From contig CM059436.1 in the NCBI GenBank assembly GCA_030390025.1, positions 39,246,001-39,310,000 on the forward strand: DNA of 64,000 bases, in the 5' to 3' direction. The notes beneath the pieces were generated by a model. That model was not told where the DNA came from, did no database searches, and saw nothing but the letters and a program-made list of their open reading frames with translations. A program made the position numbers and the translations under genes. The DNA comes from Squalus acanthias (Eukaryota). Below, one piece after another: positions 48,736-61,937 of this stretch (position 1 is the stretch's first letter; each line of letters opens with the position of its first letter).

Positions 48736-51700
48736 AGTCATGTCTATTGATCCCCAATACTTTCTGGTGGCCAGCTACAAGGACCATTGGCTGCATCTGG
48801 AGCAGGCCATCCATCCTCTCAGCAGCAGAATTGTCGAGGCCAGGGACATGGAAGATACGGGTTAATTTACCAGAAGAAAAATGACATTAAAAATTAAAAG
48901 AAACATAACTGCTATCAAATTCAAACATTATACATCAATGAAAGAAAAACGTATGCTAACTGTACAGGTTCAATGTCTCAGACCCCTGAAAGCCTACCAT
49001 GATCATTTAGATGTTTTTTTTTAATTACATTGAAAAGAACGTATTAATCATTTCATCTTGTCATTCCAGTTTCCATTTTTTCTGTGTGTTACACTGTACT
49101 AAATGGTGATGGATTTCATTATCCTTTCTGTGGTACTGTAATTAACTGAAATCCGCACAACCTAATTTTGTGCACAAACATATCCTGAAGATTGCTTTGG
49201 CTTGTATAAAAAGTAATACAGTTAGGCTTGTGCAGAACAAATTTAATTTGATAGCAGGTGGTTTGATAAATCAAGAGCCATGTACTTTTCCTCTTTTTTT
49301 CGGGGGATGGATTATTGGGGTGAAGGGAAAAGTCTTCAAAAGCTTTGCTTTTAGCATATTAGTTGTTTAAGACCCAGAACTGAACCTAATGCAAATCAGG
49401 TTTTGTCTATGGAAATGTTAAATTGTATGTTTTTTATTGTAAAGGTTATTTTTGTATTAAAGTAAAGGCCATGACTGCATAGCAAGGAGAGAAATTAGAA
49501 TACCGCTAGTTCATATTTCGAAAAATGAAATTGAGATTCCCTAGAGGTTCATAAGCAGTTGCTTTAGGGAAGAAGAAACATTTAATACAGCACTGAAAGG
49601 AACCAAAATAAAGAGCTCAGTGGTTCTTGTGTAGGCTGTAAGTAGCACATGAGATGCAGCATCCACTTATTCAGCAGCAGCATTAGGTTTCATGCCCTGT
49701 TAAAGATAGTAATGTATAGCAGGTAAAATGAACTTTTTAGGAATATTAGAGGCCTGTTTCTGTGCTGTATATCAGAACTGTCAAAATGTATCCACATAAT
49801 TGATAATACACTTAATCTTCAAAAATTCTGCGTAGTTTCTCAAAATAATTTTTAATTCATAAATGTACCCCTTTGTATTCAAAAATATTACTGCACTGTA
49901 CGTCGACACAGGTTATTCTGATATTCTATACCATTTGTAAGACATCTCTGATCATTGAGAATTCTGGGTAGGTACAAAGGAAACAGTTGTTGCGATTCTT
50001 CCCCACTACCATACATAATTTTCTCTTACCTAAATTACTGCTGAGCATCCATACAGTTCTTTAAAAAGACAGCATGGTGCAGCCTGCAGATGTGTTGGTG
50101 TCGCTCCTTGTTCAATTTACATGGGGGGACATTTGAGGAGTAAGGAAAGGCACTCTTTATTCCTCCTCCGGCCCCCATCGTCAGAAACCAGTGCTAAAAT
50201 ATCTCCTAACAGTTCCCTTGCATACAAAGAGATTGTACTTAAGGGCACCTGCATCTGTTTAATAAATTAAAAAAAGATCTTGGCCATGTGGATTTCTGAG
50301 AGTTCTTGACTATTTTAACTTGTATTAAGCTTAAAGAAATTAGAAAATGATTGGTTTTCCTTTTCTGAGCTGTTTCAATAATTGACCTTTTAATTTACAA
50401 CCTCCGAATTGTAACACAGTATGCTAGCACTAGTAATGAAGATTAAATGAAGTCTTACCGAAAGCATCAAAATGAAGATAGATTGGGTCAACAAAAACAT
50501 TTGCTATAGATTAATGTTATAGTATTGATGTGGGTCTATTTTAAAGCTCCTTTTGCAGTATTTATTTCTGTCTGTTTCTGTGTTGCTAGAAGTAGAATGG
50601 GTAAGGCAGCTGGAATTATAGTAATTATCTGAGTTTAACAAAATGCTGAAAATAGGCTTTTTAAGTTTGCTTAATCCTGAAATGTTCTAAGTGTTGTAAT
50701 TAAAAAATCAAAACAGGTTATCAGTATAGCAACAGAAGGTTAGCTCATGTTATGTTCATATTACAATGCACAGTACAACTTTATGAGACAGTGCCACGAT
50801 TGTCACCCATCACTGTAAGGTAGTGTTATTACAGCAGGTACCTCAACCAGGCGGCAGAGGGGATTGAGTGCCTGATGATTTGTAAGATAATGTAAAGCAG
50901 ACAAAATGTCATTTGTAACAAGCAAAGTTAATCTTCAGTTTCTTGTCAAGAGATTCTGACAAAAAGCATTAAGAAAGAAAAGACACAGCTAGGCTGTATG
51001 GTACATTTTGTAAAGCAACATTTAAGTCATGGGGGTTGTACTAAAAAAGCTGGAAGACCTTGTATTGGGCTGTTTTTATTATCCTGTGCAAGACGCACAA
51101 TTTTATAGCCTTTTCTACAAAACATGAAATTTGTAAGTGCCTGCTTCTGATCTGACTATTTTCTGCTTTCCAGTACAAGATATATGTTTGTAGAAACAGA
51201 AGAGAGTGATGGACAATGTAATGTAGTACTCTCAGCTTGCAAATATTTAGTGTAATTTAACTTTTAGAGTCCTATCCATCTTCACATAATAAACTTAAGT
51301 CTATTTGCTGAGCTGACTGTATCACCCAAAGCAAACTGGTCGGCATGTAGCCCCTTAACCAGGCACACGAAACGGATCACCGGCCCTTTATTGCTGTGTA
51401 AACAGTAACCGTTCGTTTTTTTTTGGGGTGGGGGGGAGGGGGCGGTGAGGGAAACCTGCGTTGCTGCCGCTGCCAGGGCTGTGCTTTAGTATGCAACCTG
51501 TTGCAGCACTGACTCCCCTGTGGCATGCTGCAGTTCATTTTCCAAACATGCGGCATTGTTTTTAAATATGGAAATATATGGCCGTCATTATTGGTGCATT
51601 TCTTCAAACGTGTCCAGCATTTGAACCTTAGGCTATAAAAATGTTGATCTGAAAATGGCAGCAGTCAGTTGATGAATGCAGAAGAGAGAAGCATAAATCA

Positions 51701-54700
51701 GTGCAAGGCATTTCTTTCCTTCCCCCCCCCCCCCCCCCCTCGCGTCCACAGAGAATTGTTGTCTATTGGTTCAGAAAATGGAGAAATGAATCTAGCAATA
51801 CCCAGTGCTGGTTAGCAGATTGTCATTTTTGGGTTTGATGTTCTTTGGTATAATTGTCTTTCATGTGAACAATGGCAGGAGATCTCTGGTGTGCCATGGA
51901 AGCATGATAAAAGAGGCTGATCTTGCATAGCAATGTCTTTTATTATTAGTGTGTAAAATTAGCAAGCTGGATGTTGTTAGAATTAGCTTTACTGATGTTA
52001 ATTGTAATGCAGTATGAATTCCGTTAGCAGATTGTGCAGTAATTCTCGGTAAGGTGATAGCTGCATCGAAAGGTAATATTAATAGCCTTTTACTTATATT
52101 GTATCGTTTTAGTAGGCTTTAATAAGGCAGTCACCGTCAACGGGAATTTATTAGAAAAGTGTAGTAATTGATGTATTGCAGCAAGTATGGGCAGAGGCTG
52201 AAGTTGATTAATGTATGAGTTGGCTTTTTTAAGGCAGTTTAAAAAGGCTTCTTAACTGGGTCTTCGGAGACCAACACAAACCCACTGTAAACTACTTCAT
52301 TCCAGTCGGAAAATGACTTGACAGCTGCTCCAGTCTCTGGTGGTTTTGCTTTTCTGATCAGAGAAAATTGAAGTAATATAGTACTCATCAATAATTGCAG
52401 TGCTTAAAAATCTTATAAAGGGATTTTGACTGTTTTCCCCCCTGGAGATAAGTTTTCAAAGGTTAAATTAGTTTTACTTGCATTTGCTTCATATATTCAA
52501 CCCAGAGTAAGGATCAGTTGTGCTTTAAATGGACTGCTGGTTGTGAGTTGCATGAAATTAACATCTTTGTGACTATCTGCAGTGTTTAACTGCAAAGTGG
52601 TCTCTTCTGGGCAGCAAGCCTTTGTGTCTGCCATAGCATATAGAGACTATACATTAAAAGCACAACAGGGAAACTGGGAGGGAATCATAGTGATGCCATT
52701 CTCCAGTAAAACTCTATAGTGCCCCCAGCAATTCCATCATTTTAAGATGAACAAAGACCTGGGCTAGACACCTTTGTGTATACTTTATATATTTTATATG
52801 GTGCATGAAGACAATTCATTGCGATATTCTAATTTCTAAATACTGAGCAGTACAATAGAAGCGTTCTGTCTGCACTTTTACCTGATATTTTATATATTTT
52901 TGAGTAAAACTATCAACACTGAATGTTAAAGAGCCACAGAGCTAAGTTTGTGGTCCATTATTGTTTTGTTTAAAAAAAGAAAGTGGATTTTTGCACAAGT
53001 TTTTAAAAGCTTTGCTATAAATTGTAGCAAGACCATCTTATTATAGTCTCCGGCCAAGACATTTTCTTTACAGTAAACAAACAACTATCGCGCAGTATGT
53101 GAACAAAATGGTACAGAAGACAAAAGCGCCAGACACTGTTAACAGCTGCCCTCTTGTCGTTTGTTCCAAAAATGCTTCCCAACAGAATATGCATTTTGTT
53201 TGCCTTGTAAACCTTCCTTCCTTTTTTTAACTGTGCATTTTCTTCAGTCATATTGAAAGCTTTATTTTGCACCTCACAAACATTTTGTCACATGTAACCC
53301 TCCAGAGAAGCTTTGCATTGTTTCCCTTGATTTTACTTTTGAAAGCCTGCAGATACACATATACCATCTTTCAACGAAAAACTGTTTAACAATGTTTCAT
53401 GTGTATTTGACAGTAATACTGTGATTCCTAAAGTTGTTGGATAACGTCACTTGATGTGCTCCAGACATCTAAAGCTTGCAAGTTAAGCAGGTATTTACCA
53501 ATTGTGAAAGTACTGCAGAAGTAAAAAGCATTTTATTGCTCAACTGTCCTACATTTTGTGAGGTGTTACACAAAGAGCCTCAACCGAGACTGACTGATTC
53601 AGTTCATATTAACCGAGAGTTCATCTTATTAAAGCACAGAGTCCTCTCAATAATGATTCTTTAAAATAAGCCTTGACAAAAGACTGTTAGTGATGGCTGC
53701 AGTCAGTAGCAAGCGTCCCTCACTCCAGGTAATTTTTGGACATTATTATGGTCTGTGTCCCACATTGGCTGGTAAAGAAATTGAGAGATATGCTGGTGGA
53801 AGCAAATGTGTTTCATAAGCAGCCAACACTGGAATCCTCTGAACCTGTCTGATGTTCAAGTTTTACTGCAGAGTTTAAGATCACGTAGAGCACACGATTT
53901 TAGGTTAAACTTGATTTTGCCATCACTTAATTTTACTAAATTAATTTTCCTAACCTGCTATGTGCTTTTATTTATGAAATAATATAGTTTTTCTTGTTTA
54001 TTTTCAGTTTTGGTACTAATCCATGGGATTGCATTTATGTTAAGTCAGGCTGTCAATTAACTTCCCAGTCACAGCATGCAAACTACCATTTTACCATGCT
54101 GATGTCTTATGTTTGCAATTTCTACATTTAAAATGTGTGACTTCTCTTTCACCCTGCCCTAAACCCCCACTAATATTAATACATTGGAGGTCAGTTTATT
54201 GGGTATGAATAAATACTGAATGTATTTTGTGCTCATTTCAAAATTTTCTATTTCTTTTTATCTCAGCCCACCCTGGGACACTCACCCCTCACCATTCTCC
54301 TGCTGCTCGGATAGGCAAGCAGCCTATTCGAGGTTTCAGCGAATATACTCTTGAGCTGATTGCTAAGAGAAGTGTACGACTGGCTTCTGCTGACATGTTT
54401 CCGTGTGTTGCACCAAAAGGCAGCATGGCTAAGATTGGGATCTCACTGGGGGCCATTTTAAGCTTACAGCTGCTCGTTTTGCCCAGGGAAAATAGATGCT
54501 AGGCCTCTGAATTTGTGTGGGGATGTCGCTCGCCAGTTATCTGCCAGAAGTGCACTTGGCATCATTTTGAGTCAGACGCATTTTAGTAGTCCAGGCCGCC
54601 GCCTGAAACTGGCAGGCGCCTAATGTAAGTAAGGGTCTATTTCAGGACCTTACTGCCATTTTCAGCTTCATCAGTGATGAATTTGTCCATTATAAAACCT

Positions 54701-54924
54701 GCCCACAAATCCTGGATGACAACAATCGGGAGGGTAACTTGTACCAGTGTTGTTTAAAGGAATCTTCAGCTGCAGTTAATACCTGGTTAGTCCTTTTATT
54801 CTGCTAGTGGGCTTTTTATGCCTATTTCTGGCTGTATTGGCAGCTGTAGCTGACCACAAAATATTTAGCAAGTTATTTTTTTGGAGCTGGCGGAGAATTT
54901 CTGCCCAGGGGCTTTTGCAAAAAA

Positions 54925-55995
54925 TGCCCTCTGGCAACAAGGGCGTGCTGCTCGGTCTGCCATTGCGGCTGGAGGACCATGAGGAGGAAGAGCAGCAAGC
55001 AATAGTGGAATGACCTGCAGCTGCAGCGAGAAGAGAGTGAAGGAGAGGAGGTCGCAGGAGGCCTTATCCCACATGAGTATACAGGGCAAAAACATCTTCC
55101 CTCCAGTTCGCTTCACAGGGGAGGCAGTTACAGAGCTAGGTTACCTGGAGCCCAGCACCAGCTGGAGCCCAGCACCAGATCACACACTTCATTACCTGCG
55201 GCTCGGAAAATGACAGTGGCCCTGAATTTTTACACCTCTGGATCATTCCAGGCTGCAGCAGGTGACAGATACACTCTTCGCCAAAGCAAACCAGGTCACC
55301 TCCTTCCCTGTGGAGGCAGCAAATCAGAAAGGCAGGGCTCTGGGCTTCGCCACAATTGCAGGCTTCTCCCAGGTGTGGGCATAACTGCCTTGCTAGCTCC
55401 ATATCAAAACCCTGGAGAATACATGAACAAGAAGGACTTCCATTCGCTGACCGTGCAGCCAGTGTGCAACAACACGCCGCGCATCATGTAGGTCGGTGCG
55501 CGGTTTCCTGGCAGTTGCCATGATGCATTTACCCTGCACCAGCCCACAATCGCTCCTCTCTCCCACCCACACCATCAGGTGACAGGTTGGCTATTTGGGA
55601 ACAAGTGGTATCCCGTGAATCCACGGCTCATGACACATCAGGAGCCTGCGCACAGACACACCCAGTTCAGAGGCACGCCTCTATCCAGCTCTAATTGCGC
55701 AAATCATTGGCATTCCTGAGACGGAGGTTCCATTTCTTGATCAGTATGAAAGCGCTCTGCAGTATAGTCCTGAGAGAGTCTTTGGATTTGCCATAGTATG
55801 CTGCACGCTCCATAACTTTGCCCTGCCTCTGGACAAAAGCAGGACTGCTTCCCAGCAATCGTTGGTGCCACCTGGGGATGAAGAAGTGGAGGCACAGGAG
55901 CAAGAAGAAATGCAGGATGCCGAGGAAGAGCAAGGGTACCAATCCTGCCAGCACCAGAGCCAAATACCAGCAGATTATTAAAGAATGCAATCACC
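54925..55995 (+). pseudogene. Harbinger DDE transposase, heavily frameshifted
   Basis: RRPYPT.VYR, KMTVALNFYTSGSFQAAAGD, YMNKKDFHSLTVQ.VC, ARFPGSCHDAF.L, GWLFGNKWYP, LQYSPERV, VCCTLHNFA. Confidence 0.9.
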
Positions 55996-56681
55996 CCACC
56001 CCACCCCCCGCCGCCCCCCGCCCAGCCCCCATCCACACCAACAGTCCCTCCTAGCATCAGACCCAGTCCTTCCATTCTCTAGATGAATGACCTCAAATTA
56101 AACACCACCATGGGTAGTTTTACACATCACATGGCATGGTCAACTAACACTCATCCAATGAAACTCTGCACAACAGCAAATTCAGTCAAAATCTGTAGCG
56201 TCAAATTGCCAGAAAATACATACAAAATCTAAAGGTCACCCTGAGTGTCTGCCTTAGATGCTCTTCATATTAGTCTTGTGCTCCTGCAAAGTGCTACCCC
56301 AGTGGCTACAAGATAGCTGATGGAAGGCTGCTGTGTTTCCAATGAGGATGCTTGAGATGACCATCGTGAGCGACCTCGAGGAGCTCGGACCCGAGAAGGC
56401 CCGCCTGCAGACTGCAGCATCTTGGCTACTGCCAGGGCAGTTTGGCCCGGTTGCCTTTTTGGCATAGGCACTGTTTGAAGCGGTGGCTGGGAGGCAGTTG
56501 TGCTTTTTTCCAGAGAGAAGACAACATGTGCCTCTCCAGAGGTGCCACTGCCACTCTCATGGGACTGCGCTGAGGGCCTTCTCAGGTCCGAGTTCCTCGA
56601 GATTGCTCCCGGTGGCCATCTCAAGCACCCTCATTGGATACACAGCAGCCTTCCATCTCACATCTTGTAGCCACTGGTATA

Positions 56682-57502
56682 CAACAACAACTTGTATTTA
56701 TATAGCACCTTTAACGTAGTAAAACGTCCCAAGGCGCTTCACAGGACTATTAAAAGACAAAAACATTTGACACCGAGCCACATATGGAGAAATTAGGGCA
56801 GGTGACTAATAGATTGGTCAAAGAGGTAGGTTTTAAGGACCGTCTTAAAGGAGGAAAGAGAGGTAGCGAGGCGGAGAGGTTTATGCAGGGAATTCCAGAG
56901 CTTAGGGCCTAGGCAACAGAAGGCACGGCCACCAATGGTTGAGCGATTATAATCAGGGATGCTCAAGAGGGCAGAATTAGAGGAGCGCAGATATCTCGGG
57001 GAGTTGTGGGGCTGGAGGAGATTACAGAGATAGGGAGGGGAGAGGCCATGGAGGGATTTGAAAACGAGGATGAGAATTTTGAAATCGAGGCGTTGATTAT
57101 CTGGGAGCCAATGTAGGTCAGCGAGCACAGGGGTGATGGGTGAACGGGACTTGGTGCGAGTTAGGACACGGGCAGCCGAGTTTTGGATGACCTCAAGTTT
57201 ATGTAGGGTGGAATGTGGGAGTCCAGCCAGGAGTGCATTGGAATAGTCAAGTCGAGAGGTAACAAAGGCATGGATGAGAGTTTCAGCAGCGGACGAGCTG
57301 AGGCAAAGGCTGAGACGGGCGGTGTTACGGAGGTGGAAGTAGGCGGTCTTAGTTATGCTGCGGATATGTGGACGGAAACTCATTTCAGGGTCAAATATGA
57401 CACCAACGTTGCGAACAGTGTGGTTCAGCCTCAGACAGATGTTAGGGAGAGGAATGGAGTCAGCGGCTAGGGAAAGGAGTTTGTGGCGGGGACCGAAAAC
57501 AA
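56682..57502 (-). mobile_element. Young 5'-truncated L2 LINE inside Harbinger B, 7-bp TSD
   Basis: Open 196-aa ORF 56793-57383 (AETLIHAFVTSRLDYSNALLAG...QNSAARVLT...ITPVLADLHWLP...PKLWNSL); (TTG)n tail; TGGTATA at 56675-56681 and 57503-57509. Confidence 0.95.
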
Positions 57503-57595
57503 TGGTATAGCACTTTGCAGAAGCACAAGACTAGCACGCAGACCGTAGAAGTGATGTGACAGTTTGGAAGTCCCTATCCATGCTTTCCTTCATGC

Positions 57596-57885
57596 TTAGC
57601 CAGCTGCAGGAAAATGGGAGAACACAGAGCCTGAATGGTAACAGTCTGAGCTTCCATGGAAGTTGTCAGAAATGTCACTACTGCTACCTGGTCCTTGGCA
57701 CGTTGCATTCACCTGCTCAGCCACTTCTGCCCACTGTTGCCTGGCTATTTGCCTTGGCGCCCTTCTCCCATCATCCGGTAACAGGACCACCTTCTTCCTG
57801 TTGACCTCTTCCATAAGGAGCTCCACCGTGCACTGTCTGAAAATCTTTGCAGTACTCATTTGGACTGCATTCTCCACATTCAAGC
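57596..57885 (-). pseudogene. Harbinger Myb/SANT domain remnant
   Basis: VELLMEEVNRKKVVLLPDDGRRAPRQIARQQWAEVAEQVNA parallels the Myb exon at 6530-6790; further remnants at ~56260-56670. Confidence 0.85.
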
Positions 57886-59081
57886 ACAGAAGCATCAGTG
57901 CAGGCAAAGTACACCGCCCCTCTAAGAGGCGCAGGCTGCAATTAAATGCCCGAATTCCCCCCGTCAATGGGCGAGCTGCCAATAACCAGCGGGAGCAGCA
58001 CTGACAGCTCCCCCAGCATATAGAAATGAGACACAAACCTGAAAATGGTTTGTGCTTCTATCCCATGTTATCGGATGGGGCCCTATGATGCCTCACCCAC
58101 TTTGCGTCCATTTTAGGCATCAGTTAAAAATCCCGCCCCCCCCCCCTCCCGACCATATGGGGAATTGAAGGCAGGCAATTAGTTCACCTTTTTCTGTGTA
58201 AATCCACTGAATTTGACAAAACCTGAAAATTCTATTTTTCTCAGTAGTTTATTGATGAGGTTCACAAGCCTTATGAAAGTTTGAGTGTTTGTGCAAAACT
58301 GCGTTGAAGTGTTTACTCGTAAAATACTGCGTCCAGTCATGTATTATTGTAGATGTGTTTTCATCTAATTTTTCAATTTTCAGCAGCTATTTGCATGTGA
58401 TTAATATGTGCAAAAATTTAAATTGTCTTGGATGGTGATGATATCACAACACTAAAAATCATAATTATTTCTTACGGTGGGGTTTCACATTACTTGAGGT
58501 TGGCACTTGTGATTTATCTCCTATCCCGTCCCGGCCTCATCCTCACTGTCCCCTCATTCACCACCCTCCCTTCCAATACCTGAATCTTGGCCAGGCAATC
58601 AGAAGAAGGATCTCCCCACCAGGAAGGTGCAAATGAAGTCAGTAAGTGAGTCAACCCCAGTCACTCTTGTATGTCTTCCAGCAGATGATGAGAGAGCAGT
58701 GTTGAAAGTGACCCAGAAACAGATCTGTTGCCCCTTCTCTTTGGTTTGTAGGGACTTAAGCTGAGGGTGAGAAAAAATAAAATTATTTTAGTTGAAGAGG
58801 GAAAAATTAAAATCCATATTGATATTTTTAAAATGAACACACTTATAAAATATGAAACTTAATTCCCTTATGAAAGACCAACGAGTTACTTGCCATTAAT
58901 TGGTTTTGCCCACTCAGGAAATAAATGGCAGATTTTCACTGGCTATGCCTTATACCACAGAGTGGTGGCACCAGGGATTGCAGTTAAATTCCTTCACACT
59001 GAATTGCCGGACAAGGTGGACGCCAGGCACTTACCTACAGGAAGGGAGGAAAAACCGGAGTGAGCCATCCCAGAACACTTT

Positions 59082-59099
59082 TGCACCCCCTGGTGGCCA
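59082..59099 (-). promoter_or_regulatory. CTCF core motif candidate
   Basis: Reverse complement TGGCCACCAGGGGGTGCA versus consensus TGGCCACCAGGGGGCGCT. Confidence 0.6.
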
Positions 59100-59371
59100 G
59101 TTCAGAGCAGCATTCGCAGTGCTCTGGGATCAGATTGTCCAACCTCTCTGTTGTAGCCAGTGCACACGGCAGGGAGATCAAAGAAAGAAAGAATGTAACT
59201 GAAAGAAGCTGGAGGAATCTTAGCCTCGCCAAAATAACAAAAATGATTTCCACTGTGCTAAATATATACTCACTATTATTTCCTGGTAACCAAGTGAATT
59301 ATGAAATTTGCGGTGATTATGTGAGAATGATTATTCCTCCATCGTATATCAGTGCAGAGAGTATACTGGTT

Positions 59372-59926
59372 GTGCCCGACTTTAAGATGGCACACCGGGA
59401 TAAACAGGGTGGTAGTGGTCTAAAAATAGCATCAGATCACTTACTGCCCCATTTACGGTGGAACTCCGGCTGCCAACATCTGGGAAGGGGCCTTACGATG
59501 GCTGGCCAGAGCGCTCGCCTGTTTGTAGCGACAGGCCCTTTTAATATGCAAATTGAATCCTATGGCGTGGCTGTGCATGCTTTGCACATTTATTCCAGGC
59601 AGTAATTTCAAAAAATGGCCCCAAAGCGTTCTTGATTTCATTTTTGTGGGGCCAGTCAGCCAGTCTCCACAGGAGTACTGTGGACCGCTGTTACCCCGGG
59701 CTCGGCTGCTCCCCTGCCCCCCCCCCCCCAACCCTCACCCCCGGCCCCACGATCAGTTCTCACTCCCCCCCCCATCCCTGGTCCTAAATGCTTGCTGGTC
59801 AGCTCAGCATTCCTCCACTGGCCAACTGGTGAGCAGGAGCAGGATGCCCGTTCGGGGCGTGCAGCTTGCTGGGGACATGCTAACGCTGATCCAGCGGTCG
59901 ATGGCACGAAGGTCAAAATTTACGCT
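59372..59926. mobile_element. Harbinger-type MITE, GTT TSD
   Basis: Degenerate ends gtgcccgacttt / aaaatttacgct; GTT at 59369-59371 and 59927-59929; internal segment related to the 26918 and 61938 elements. Confidence 0.7.
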
Positions 59927-61285
59927 GTTATCTCTATCCTCCATGAAAGTCACCGCTCACAAAAAAAGAATCAAAGCCATACAGGAGTCTCCAAAGTGCC
60001 TGTGTGAGATTGGATGTCTGTGCACAGCACTTGCTTAAAAATCATCTCCTTTGGCATTGCACAAAGACAAAGCGTAGTCTTCAGGTGAAGCAGGTTAGAG
60101 GGTGGAGAATAATTGGACCAGGATGTGTGGACGCAAAGATTTTTAATAAGATATATGCTGCCCAGGAGTGATTTTGCTGATGCCATTTTATTTTGTGGGT
60201 TCAGGTGGAAATAGTCAATTATTGAGCTTTGATTTTGTTTATGATTTATTTGGTTGACCTGAAGAGATTAATGATATTATTTCTATATATTTTAAGGCCG
60301 TGCCTATTGATTGTTTTGATTGATACGATGATCGAGTATTTAGATACATGAAAAATGACACAACATTTTGGTGAGAACCTGAATTCAGTGTCATGTCTTG
60401 TGCATTTTTACAGCCGAACTCACTTTGGTCAGTTTACATTTAAAGCCAGTTCAATTGCCTTGCTAAATGCTGCAATATTAATAAACATACTGGTGTTAGT
60501 TTTGTTTTCTTACAATATCAACTGCCTTCTACAGAACAGAATTTAAACTAGTTGGCTCAAAGTTGCAGTAGTTCTTAACTCAATGGCAATCCATTATTTT
60601 AATTTGAAATCAGAAATTAAAAATGTCCAATTGGTTGATTAACACAACCCTACATTTCAAATAATATTACAGATTCTTAGATCTTTTTCCAGCTATCAGT
60701 TACTTTACTACATTAGTGTTTAAGTTGCTGATTAAACTGTAAATTAGTAGCTGCACCTAGATTTAATTTTGAGATTGCAGTTATGGAAAACAGGAGAATA
60801 GCCACAATTTTCCACCATTAATCCCCATCCTTCCAAAGTCATGAAGAAAACAGTACACCATTCCCTGACCAAGAGACTTATTCTCAGCTCTGTATGTATC
60901 ATTATTAAGCTGGCCATAATGATATGCATGCATAACAGCAGGATGGACTGACTTGCCCTCATTTTCATTTGCTTTTCCTTGCTCCATCTGGAGAAATGGC
61001 TCCTTCAGATGACCTGGCTGAGATGGAGGACTCACCAGATGAAGGATTGTGGGAAAGAACCAGTTCTGTACCACAGTGAGTTTAATGCGCAGGTGCTCCA
61101 TGCCATTCTGTCTTCCTGCTCACAGTTTTTCTAATTTGTAGGGAAGTTTGTATTAACATGTTGTTAGCATTTCTTTTTTTTTAATGCATGCATTCTTTTA
61201 GTTTATATAGCTTCCAAGGAGGCTACATTGACAATGACCTGATAAAATTACCATATTAATACTTTCAAACTCTTGTTACATTTTT

Positions 61286-61715
61286 GGGGCTGATTTTAAT
61301 TTGGCCAAATAATTGTTAACTGGGCAGTAAAGGCCTCAAAATAGGGTTAGTTATCACCATGGTAACACTATTTTTAAAGGGGCCTTCCCTTGGGTGGCTG
61401 AAGCGCCCGTCTGTTTCAGGCAGTAAGCCTCTTGATTATGCAAATCAGAGTCCTATGACGTAGTTAGGATGCCAATTGCAATTTTCACGTGGACAGCATG
61501 CATTGAGCGGCCTATCCAGTGGTCCTTAAAGGGACCGCTGCTGGCCGCTCCAAAAATGACCTAGAAATGTTTCTCGGTTATGATTCTGTGGAACCAAGAG
61601 GATCAGGAATGTTCCTCCGAGTTCCACAAAAACACTGCAGGTCGCTGCTGGTCCGGGTTCGCCCACCTCCGTGTTTGCTTCCCTCCCCCGTTCACATTTC
61701 CCTTCAACCTCATCC
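61286..61715. mobile_element. Harbinger-type MITE, right end missing
   Basis: ggggctgattttaa terminus; gcccgtctgtttcaggc...atgcaaatc resembles the reverse complement of ~27330-27385. Confidence 0.6.
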
Positions 61716-61937
61716 ACCTATCTTTCTCAATTTCAGAAGGTGATAAAATAAATGCCTCACTAGATTGTGACTTCGGCTAAAAACTAGTTCAGATTTATTA
61801 AACAGCAAGTGGATAAGTGAACAGAAGCAATGACGCACTGTTGAATGCAGTAGATACAGGCTTAACTATCCCGCCTCAAAAGATAGAAAATAACAAAAAC
61901 TCACACTGGCTGCAATACAAACTTGTCTGGACATAGA

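Larger units (their letters stand above)
54503..58138 (+). mobile_element. PIF/Harbinger DNA transposon B, decayed, two convergent genes; termini approximate
   Basis: Transposase remnant on +, Myb remnant on -. Right end aaaaatcccgccc fits the family terminus; left end gcctctgaattt is weak. Confidence 0.85.

Noticed and set aside
55140-55180. Direct repeat ggagcccagcaccag x2 as an array
   Set aside because: Local slippage duplication inside a dead transposase; no repeat-spacer (CRISPR-like) structure seen anywhere in the window.
412-57502. Excess of minus-strand retroelements suggesting a plus-strand host gene
   Set aside because: Roughly 2:1 on about 20 elements is too few to infer transcription direction.
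59060-60038. 181-aa and 161-aa ORFs
   Set aside because: They run through a GC-rich MITE and have no domain features.
9400-60875. Shared 16-mer attccctgaccaagag at 9400 and 60860
   Set aside because: About one such match is expected by chance in 64 kb, and the flanks do not align convincingly.
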